Source: Candidatus Bathyarchaeota archaeon | Lineage (GTDB): Archaea > Thermoproteota > Bathyarchaeia > Bathyarchaeales > Bathycorpusculaceae | DNA length: 64,000 nt | Direction of reading: 5' to 3' | Assembly: GCA_963832745.1 (NCBI GenBank) | Contig: CAWHVC010000001.1 | Location: forward strand, 224,001-288,000 | Shown: positions 57,052 through 64,000 of the stretch, piece after piece | How positions within the stretch are numbered: the stretch's first letter is position 1 | Layout: the number at the start of each line of letters is the position of its first letter | Made by a program: the position numbers and the translations under genes | The notes under the pieces: model-generated | Seen by the model: only the letters and a program-made list of their open reading frames with translations | What the model was told of the DNA's origin: nothing | The model's database searches: none

Positions 57052-59244
57052 GTGGTTGAAAAACAACTAAAAAAAGCATTGTTGACAACTGCATTCACGA
57101 TAGCCTTTGCTTACCGGTTTATACTACTAACTTGGCAAACATTTCCGCCTGGTTCCGATATTGGGTTACATGAAAGTGTCATTAAAACAATCACTTCAAC
57201 AAAAACAGATTTCTTCGCAAACTATTATCACATGGGTGGTGGAACCTCAGCAACTAACCCTGGGTATCATATTTTTGTTGCCACTCTTATTGCAGTAACT
57301 GGACTGCCGGATTATACTGCCCAAGCCATAATTGCAGCCATGTTCTCCTCAATCACAATAGTGTGCATTTTTCTAATTGTTAAAATCGCTTGGAACCAAA
57401 ACGCGGCGTACATTGCCGCTTTCTTAGCTATCTTTTCCGCTGGGGATATAGCTATGCTAAGCTGGGGCGGCTACCCAAACATTATGGCGCTTATGCTCAT
57501 ACCACTGGTTTTCTTTTTGTTTCTTCAAAAAGACAGGTTTTCCCATTCAACTTTTTTTGGAGCCACTTCTTTGTTGATTGGGAGCCTGTTTCTAACCCAC
57601 TTTTTCAGTAGTCTAATTTTTGTTGCGATTACTGTTCTTTTCATAATTTTTTGTTTGCTTTTTTTCAAAAAAACTGGATTTACAAGAAAAGCTGCTCTTT
57701 CATGGGTATCTTCAATAATCATAGGTGCCTTGCTGGTTTCGCCTTACTTGTACAATATTGTTCCAACTTATTTTGGAGCAGGAGGCACAATCATGGGAGC
57801 AAGCTTAGAAACAAATCAAGCGTTACTTGAAACAAGAGCAGTTTCAACAAGCATTTTAGTTATAAGTGTCATATGCGGCTTAACCTTTTTTGCGCTTTCA
57901 AAATTCTACAAAAACAAAACCCTCACTGTTCCAGCGTTTCTCTTTGCAACATGGCTCATAGCCCCCGCAATCATGACTCAAACCTACCTTGTTGGTTTGT
58001 TCGTTGATTACGAACGGTTTCTGTATTTTCTTTACTTACCCCTAATTGTATGTGCAGCTTTACTTGCAATGTTGCTTTTCGCGAAATTGCCAAAATTCAC
58101 CAACCACCTTCAATTCACTATAGAAAGAGTAGGCTTAATCAAACAGTCTAAAGGGCTTCAGAAAACCTTTTTGGTGTTATTTTGCGTGTTGCTGACTTTT
58201 GCGCTTTTCGCCACTCCACTGTTGTCTTCTCCCTTGGAAGGCTTTGACGAAGCAAAGTATTATCAGGTTATGACGCCACTCAAGTACGATGCGATACAAT
58301 GGATAAAAAACAACACGTCAGCGAACGAGATTTTTGTTGCCGATTCAGATTTTGGATGGTGGGTTTCAGGTTTTGCACAAAGACCCACCTTAAGTGCTGT
58401 TGACCCGCAATTTTTGATTCTTGCTCACGAGATTGAACCTGCAAAAGCGGCAAAAAATCTCTTATCAACGGATTATTTGATTGACAATGGAATCATCCAA
58501 ATTAACTATGTTGATAATAGCACAAATAGCATTGTTCTTTGCGCAAGAATTGGTAACTCCTATGTTCTGCATCCATTCTTTTTTGTTAAGGAAGAAAACA
58601 TCAGCTTGCTTTACAGAATAAATAATCAACCCTGCTACGTGAGCCTAAATGATTTGCCAACAAGCAACATCGAAGTTAACAACGGGTCAAACTGGGCCTC
58701 TTTTGCAGTCACAAAAGAGAACGAGCAGGTTTCTGTTTCAGAGGTTATTTTTGTCCAAGAAGCCTCGAACATCGCCAAAATCACTTTTGTTATTCAAGGT
58801 AAAAGTGAAGCTTTATACTTTGATTGGTTAACTATTCCATTCATCTCTAACGGAGCGCCAACAAACTATCAGGGCATCATAAACTTTGTAGACCAAAGCA
58901 CACAAGCCAACATTTCTATTGTCTTTTCACAAAACCCTCCTTCCAACACTGTAAGCTTTACGGAAAACTCTGATTTTTATGAGTTGATAATAAACAATAA
59001 GGGCTCTTCGTCGTTGCAGTTAGAGTTTTCTGTAGGTTTACAACAAGATAGCCCTGTAAGTATGCAAAACATGGCAAAACAAGGTATTATGAGTTTTGAT
59101 TATAGAAAAGTTATCTGTGCTTGGAACGTTTCTTATGTTATTGTTACAGACAAATTGATGTTTAACAGATTTGCTGATCATCAACTTTTCCATTTAGAGT
59201 ACCAAAATCCTGAAGTGCAAATATACAAGATAGAGTTAGGTTAA
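57052..59244 (+). CDS. GT-C-type glycosyltransferase-like membrane protein
   Basis: PPGSD...H first loop, many TM, WGGYPN, WIKNNT....F...D..GWW (STT3/PMT-like). Confidence 0.75.
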   Translation: MVEKQLKKALLTTAFTIAFAYRFILLTWQTFPPGSDIGLHESVIKTITSTKTDFFANYYHMGGGTSATNPGYHIFVATLIAVTGLPDYTAQAIIAAMFSSITIVCIFLIVKIAWNQNAAYIAAFLAIFSAGDIAMLSWGGYPNIMALMLIPLVFFLFLQKDRFSHSTFFGATSLLIGSLFLTHFFSSLIFVAITVLFIIFCLLFFKKTGFTRKAALSWVSSIIIGALLVSPYLYNIVPTYFGAGGTIMGASLETNQALLETRAVSTSILVISVICGLTFFALSKFYKNKTLTVPAFLFATWLIAPAIMTQTYLVGLFVDYERFLYFLYLPLIVCAALLAMLLFAKLPKFTNHLQFTIERVGLIKQSKGLQKTFLVLFCVLLTFALFATPLLSSPLEGFDEAKYYQVMTPLKYDAIQWIKNNTSANEIFVADSDFGWWVSGFAQRPTLSAVDPQFLILAHEIEPAKAAKNLLSTDYLIDNGIIQINYVDNSTNSIVLCARIGNSYVLHPFFFVKEENISLLYRINNQPCYVSLNDLPTSNIEVNNGSNWASFAVTKENEQVSVSEVIFVQEASNIAKITFVIQGKSEALYFDWLTIPFISNGAPTNYQGIINFVDQSTQANISIVFSQNPPSNTVSFTENSDFYELIINNKGSSSLQLEFSVGLQQDSPVSMQNMAKQGIMSFDYRKVICAWNVSYVIVTDKLMFNRFADHQLFHLEYQNPEVQIYKIELG

Positions 59245-59541
59245 TGTTGTGGTTAGAATTAGGGTAATGTTCCAGATTGTTGGCGAGAAACTAAAGATTA
59301 TGACGCCTGCTTCGCATATTTGTCGAGTCTTTTTTGGGAAGATTGTGACTTTGCGGATAGCAAAAACGTACAGTATCAAGATTAGTTCAGTTAGGAATGG
59401 CGTGAAGTTTGGGTTTCCTTCTACTAAACCAAACAGTCTAATACCCAAAAGTGATGTGGCTAAATCGGTTATTCCAGCCAAGGACAACATCAGGTATGGG
59501 CTTAAACTTTTCAGTAATGAAATTTGCAGTAAAGTTTTCAC
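59236..59541 (-). CDS. Small membrane protein (DUF5658-like)
   Basis: D..TS..G......EGNP, terminal WN. Confidence 0.65.
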   Translation of the reverse strand: MKTLLQISLLKSLSPYLMLSLAGITDLATSLLGIRLFGLVEGNPNFTPFLTELILILYVFAIRKVTIFPKKTRQICEAGVIIFSFSPTIWNITLILTTTLT

Positions 59542-59752
59542 TGCTTGCCTTCTCCTTCTTCTCGAACATTCTTCTGGTTAATGAGACTATTAGATGTTTA
59601 TAGAAGCCACCTATAGAAAACAATTATAGAACATTTTGCAAAAGATGAGTTTATCATTGGAATACGGTGTTTGTCATAAATGCTACACCTGACGACTAAA
59701 AACCGTCATACGCCATGTTTGTGATGGAAACAATTTATCAAGATGAGAATCT

Positions 59753-59953
59753 ATGGCAGGCAGAATCAAACAGACCTTAGACAAGCTAATACAGACAAGA
59801 AGCAAAGGAAACCCAACACTTGTTAACACAACTATCACCAAACTAATGCTAAAAGGCATAGACTACAGCAAATACACAGCAACCAGCGAAGATGACCCTG
59901 TAATGCTTGAAAAAATTGCGGCAGCCGCTAAAGAAATGGGAATACAAATTTAA
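59753..59953 (+). CDS. Small protein upstream of the FIST gene
   Basis: TKLMLKGID..KY...S.DDP; 13 bp before the FIST start. Confidence 0.75.
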   Translation: MAGRIKQTLDKLIQTRSKGNPTLVNTTITKLMLKGIDYSKYTATSEDDPVMLEKIAAAAKEMGIQI

Positions 59954-59966
59954 AAAGTGACCCTTT

Positions 59967-61070
59967 ATGGTAGCACAAACAGCATACTCAACAAAAGAAA
60001 ACCTTAAAGAAACCCTTGAAGAAATTCAAAAAAAATTCACCAAAATCACACCCAACACAATCCTGTTTTTCGCATCCTCAAAATATGACATTGACCAACT
60101 AGGGAAAGCATTGCAAAAAGTCTATGAAGACGCAAAAGTCTTCGGATGCTCAACTGCAGGCGAAATCGTCACAGGCAAAATGCTCAAAAACTCCGTTGTA
60201 GCCATGGCTTTTGACAAAAACTCTATTGCTGACATCGACATAGCTGTCGTTGAACACGTGAAAAAAGAAAACAACGTCAAAGTAGCGCTGGCACAGTTTG
60301 AAAACCATTATAAGCAAAAACTCGGTGCTTTAAGCATTGACGAATATGTCGGCATCATCCTTATTGATGGCCTAAGCGGTGCAGAAGAAAAAATCATGGA
60401 CACCATCGGCAACTTGACCGACATAATCTTCATCGGCGGTTCAGCAGGAGACGACCTAAAGTTCAAAGCAACACACGTTTTTGCTAACGGAAAAGCCTAC
60501 AGCGACGCGGCAGTATTTGCACTGTTAAAACCTACAAAAGGCTATGAAATCCTGAAAACTCAAAGCTTCAAAGTCCTAGATACCAAACTCGTCGCAGACA
60601 AAGTAAACGAAGCCAACCGTGAAGTCCTATGTTTCAACAACATGCCCGCAGTTGAAGCATACGCAAAAGCAGCCAAAACAACCCCGCAAGCAGCGCAAGA
60701 CAGCTTCATGAAGCATCCAGTAGGCCTCGTAATCAACAAAGAACCTTATGTCCGCAGTCCACAACAAGTTAAAGACAACAGCATGATTTTCTACTGTAAC
60801 ATCAAAGAAGGCGCAGAACTAGCATTGCTCGAATCAACAGACATTGTCAAAGACACTGAAAAAGCCTTAAACGAAATCATAACCGAATGCGGTGGCGCTG
60901 CAGTAATCAACTTTAACTGCATCTTGCGAACACTCGAGTTGGAGCAGAAGAAGCAGACAGAAGCGTACGGCAAAATCTTTACCAAAGCCCCAACCGTTGG
61001 GTTTAGCACTTACGGCGAAGAATACCTTGGGCACATAAACCAAACCGCAACAATGCTCATCATCAAATGA
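59967..61070 (+). CDS. FIST signal transduction protein
   Basis: GCSTAGEI, GGSAGD, NCILR, GFSTYGE, NQT. Confidence 0.93.
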   Translation: MVAQTAYSTKENLKETLEEIQKKFTKITPNTILFFASSKYDIDQLGKALQKVYEDAKVFGCSTAGEIVTGKMLKNSVVAMAFDKNSIADIDIAVVEHVKKENNVKVALAQFENHYKQKLGALSIDEYVGIILIDGLSGAEEKIMDTIGNLTDIIFIGGSAGDDLKFKATHVFANGKAYSDAAVFALLKPTKGYEILKTQSFKVLDTKLVADKVNEANREVLCFNNMPAVEAYAKAAKTTPQAAQDSFMKHPVGLVINKEPYVRSPQQVKDNSMIFYCNIKEGAELALLESTDIVKDTEKALNEIITECGGAAVINFNCILRTLELEQKKQTEAYGKIFTKAPTVGFSTYGEEYLGHINQTATMLIIK

Positions 61071-61078
61071 GCAAAATT

Positions 61079-61405
61079 CTATTTTTCTTTAAGTTTTGTT
61101 TGGTACCTTGGAAGTTTTGACTCTTTAATCCAGAATTCTGGGTCGTCAGCATCAATTATTTGAATTTGAACCACGTTTGCAGGGTTGGTTATGGCTTCAC
61201 GGAATTTTGTTGGGGTAGCGGGATTGTTAAGGAAGGCCATGCGTGATGCTTCAAGGAGGTCTGCGATACGTTCGGCTTTTTTGTTGGCGTATGTGCGGTA
61301 TTTGACGCTTTTGCCTTCCCGTATGGCTTGATCAAATTCTTGTTTGCTGCACTGGATTAGTTTTTCTCCTTCTCGGATAAACCAGTACGGCAAGTTTTTG
61401 GACAT
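61079..61405 (-). CDS. Hypothetical protein
   Basis: 108-aa ORF. Confidence 0.65.
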   Translation of the reverse strand: MSKNLPYWFIREGEKLIQCSKQEFDQAIREGKSVKYRTYANKKAERIADLLEASRMAFLNNPATPTKFREAITNPANVVQIQIIDADDPEFWIKESKLPRYQTKLKEK

Positions 61406-61496
61406 TACTTTTCACTTGGGCAATTATGTTTTATCATTTGTTAATTAACATTTTCGTTCCAAACCATCCTACACCATTAAAGCAGTTAAACCCAAA

Positions 61497-62606
61497 TTAG
61501 GGTTGCAGGTTGCTTGCCCCTGAAGGAATAGCGGGCTCATCAACACAGGCCTTTGTAAGGGCATGTTTTGTTTCTGTCCATTGGTAGGCTGCAAAACCGA
61601 TAATGAATCGCAGCCATAGGGTTATGAGTCTACTTAGAATGGTGGATGTTGCAGCTATTCCTGCTGGTACTCCTAAGGATACGTAAAGGGTGGTCATGGT
61701 TATTTCTGGCAATCCTACCTCGAAGGGTATTCCGACTGGTATAGATTTGATGGCTGTCACAAGAGACGTCGTGATAAGCACAACACCCCACGAAACATCA
61801 AAACCCAGCGAGATAAAAACCAAATAGCAAACCGCCATGCTGGCAGCCCAATTAAGCGCAAGATAAAACGTCGGTGCCGCCAACGAGCCCGGCTTATGAA
61901 GCAATTCCTTCATTGAATCGTGAAAGCTTTTTGTGGCGCTTAAGGCGTCTTTGCGATACTTTTCCAGATGCAATCTGCCTAAGCTTACGCGGTCACCTGT
62001 ACACACTACAAAGTTGATGATTTTCAAAGTCCAGTTTTCCTTCCAACAGATTCCTAAAAACAACGCCATTAATCCGACAGTGACACCTGTGAAAAGCTGA
62101 ATAACACTGGAAACCATTGGGTTAATTTCTATCACGCCAATAAGCAGCACCCCGCCTAGAACCAGAAAGGCTGCATTCATTACCATGCTTAGCAGGCGGT
62201 AAGTCATCAAGCTTGCAACTACTTTGCCGCTAACGCCTTTCTGTTCCCTATTTACCATGTACACTCGGCAGATTTCTCCGCTTACAGATTCCGCGGGAAT
62301 TAGAATATCCATGAATAATCCGGCGCAAACGTAAATGTATGATTTGATTTTTGAAAGGTTAACGTTTAAACTTGAAAGTATTGAACGCCATGAAAGTGAA
62401 TAGAACAGAATTTCAAGAAAGCTTACTGCAACAGCCGCAAGGTATGGTAAAGGTTGAGCCTGCTTTACCGTATCAATTATGCTTACAAGGTCCACGTTGA
62501 AAAGCCAGATGTAAAGAAAAAACGCCAGCAAACCAATTAATGGCAGAACAACGGTTTTCACCGTAAATGTTGGTTTTGGTTTAGCTTGCTGCATCAAGGC
62601 TGACAT
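61497..62606 (-). CDS. Lysylphosphatidylglycerol synthase TM / flippase-like (UPF0104) protein
   Basis: SW, P....SGE..R, P.G.P.EVG..E, R..T.W. Confidence 0.88.
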   Translation of the reverse strand: MSALMQQAKPKPTFTVKTVVLPLIGLLAFFLYIWLFNVDLVSIIDTVKQAQPLPYLAAVAVSFLEILFYSLSWRSILSSLNVNLSKIKSYIYVCAGLFMDILIPAESVSGEICRVYMVNREQKGVSGKVVASLMTYRLLSMVMNAAFLVLGGVLLIGVIEINPMVSSVIQLFTGVTVGLMALFLGICWKENWTLKIINFVVCTGDRVSLGRLHLEKYRKDALSATKSFHDSMKELLHKPGSLAAPTFYLALNWAASMAVCYLVFISLGFDVSWGVVLITTSLVTAIKSIPVGIPFEVGLPEITMTTLYVSLGVPAGIAATSTILSRLITLWLRFIIGFAAYQWTETKHALTKACVDEPAIPSGASNLQP

Positions 62607-62860
62607 CCATGAGGGCTTAACGGTTAGATGACTGCTTAGCCATTAAAGTTTTTGCAAAAAACTATCCTAAACCAAAGAAAAAAATGCCCAACATCCAACG
62701 GTTGGTTAAAAGATGCGCCTCAGAACCGTAAATTAAACGTAAGCCATCATTCAACTCAGAAGCTTCTGAATTGCTTGTCCAAACGTGCAATTGTCATCAT
62801 CGGCACCGCTCTAAACATTAGCAGAAATAAATGATACTCTGATATTTCAAGAATTAGCCC

Positions 62861-63388
62861 TTAAAACATCAAGTCAGCAGATTCAACACGTTGACGCAGA
62901 ATTCGTGCTCTTGCTTCAGCAGAAACCCGCTTATTTGATTCAGGCAACTCTAAATCCCTAGCGGTTAAAGCTAAAATTTTCTTCATCATAGCCTGAGCCG
63001 CCTTGGCTACTTCCTCAAAGTCTACTTTTCCATTTTCAGAAATTCCTTCACACGAGCAGGAAAATGGGAAGTTTAAGTCAATTTCAATTCTTTTTTGAGG
63101 ATAATTGTAGTCTGTAATAGTGAATGGTTCAAGTTTGCAGATTACTGGTCGTACTTCGTAAATTTTGCATTTATTATTTTCTAGAAAGAGGCAGCGGCCG
63201 TCTTTTTTGCGCTTAATCCAGCGCAGTCCCGTCTCGTCAGGTTCGCTGAGAAAATTTTTGTACCCTTTGGCTTCAATTTCTTTTTGCTCGTTTAAATCTA
63301 CTTCTGGCGGTTGGATGTGACAGCAGGAACCGCAGTTTGTACATTTAAACCCTACAGAATCGGGAAAGAAAACGTTTTCGAAGTTCAA
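62861..63388 (-). CDS. YkgJ family cysteine cluster protein
   Basis: CTNCGSCC, CLFL, CKIYEVRPVICKLEPF. Confidence 0.9.
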   Translation of the reverse strand: MNFENVFFPDSVGFKCTNCGSCCHIQPPEVDLNEQKEIEAKGYKNFLSEPDETGLRWIKRKKDGRCLFLENNKCKIYEVRPVICKLEPFTITDYNYPQKRIEIDLNFPFSCSCEGISENGKVDFEEVAKAAQAMMKKILALTARDLELPESNKRVSAEARARILRQRVESADLMF

Positions 63389-63437
63389 GGTAAAAGGAAA
63401 TGCTGGTTCTTAGCTTATTTAAGTTATGGCAAAAATT

Positions 63438-63767
63438 TCATCTTTCATTGCTGAAGCATTTTTTCAAGAAATCTTCAAGTTTCGTTATGAAACCTGCAAG
63501 CGAAATAAGTCTTTTTCTTCCATTATCTGAAAGTGAATAGCTGGCTTTTTGAGTTTTACCTATTTCTGTTACAAGCCCAGTTTTCTGCATACTCAATAAT
63601 GTAGCAAGTAACATACCCCAACTTATGTCTGAACCTTATTTTGTGTTGATTGCCAACAGCAAATCCTTTGTTGTTTGTGGAGTGTTGTTTAATTCTTGTA
63701 GTATAAGCAGGTCTAAGTATGCTAGTATGGTGCGTTGGTACAATTCATCAAATACTTCACTAACCAT
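63438..63767 (-). pseudogene. PadR-like regulator with an in-frame TAA
   Basis: YLDLLILQEL...INTK*GSDISWGMLLATL..MQKTGLV...YSLSDNG continues in frame past the TAA at 63636-63638 to the TGA at 63438. Confidence 0.7.
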
Positions 63768-64000
63768 CGTTAAGCCTTCCCACTTTTTAGCATTCATTTT
63801 GCCGTTCTTAAGCGCCAAATTTTTGTGCAGTTTTGCAGATATTTTTCTTTTTGTAATTATTAATTAATATAAAAAGATGTCTTTAAAATTCTGTTTTCAA
63901 AACTAAAAATCATGTTGACTAAAGAATCAAGGTATACTTGCCTGTGTAATCAATCTCTATCGTGGCGTTTCGAATCACACAATCGAGCAGGTGCCCACCA

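Noticed and set aside
59659-59695. Resemblance to a fluoride (crcB) riboswitch (GGTGTTTGTCATAAATGCT...ACACC)
   Set aside because: The P1 5' strand does not pair, the second hairpin and conserved AUG before the pseudoknot strand are missing, and the downstream genes are not fluoride-related
63636-63638. Stop-codon recoding in the PadR-like gene
   Set aside because: The codon is TAA, not TGA or TAG; a nonsense mutation or sequencing error is simpler
1-64000. CRISPR array, tRNA, rRNA, reverse transcriptase or capsid genes
   Set aside because: No regularly spaced repeats or matching signatures found by eye; small or intron-split tRNAs cannot be fully excluded without tRNAscan-SE

Overview
Archaeal chromosomal window, most consistent with Bathyarchaeia. 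This is inferred from an archaeal RNase P RNA, archaeal RNase HII, a COG1395 regulator, a Cren7-like protein, Snf7/ESCRT-III, membrane-anchored beta-propellers and many PAS kinases. Most of it is mixed housekeeping and accessory DNA with several pseudogenes. Four things stand out. (1) A ~4.9 kb integrated element (8373-13294) carrying a HUH Rep, a winged-helix protein and a tyrosine integrase. Its 22-bp attachment repeat is not a tRNA but the 5' half of a box C/D guide sRNA (13270-13337), and one guide of that sRNA predicts 2'-O-methylation of the 23S rRNA P-loop G2251 equivalent. (2) An unannotated ~243-nt intergenic sequence (26971-27213) that folds into a closed multi-helix structure with strand-specific G-U pairs and has its own TATA-like box, directly downstream of selD. 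(3) A selenium-type cluster: LysR, DsrE, TusA, a double-cubane-like protein and SelD. (4) A ~65-bp dispersed bipartite palindromic repeat in four intergenic regions. Several conserved-looking microproteins are missing from the ORF track. All folds, family calls and rRNA targets were derived by eye or from memory of consensus sequences and need computational confirmation.
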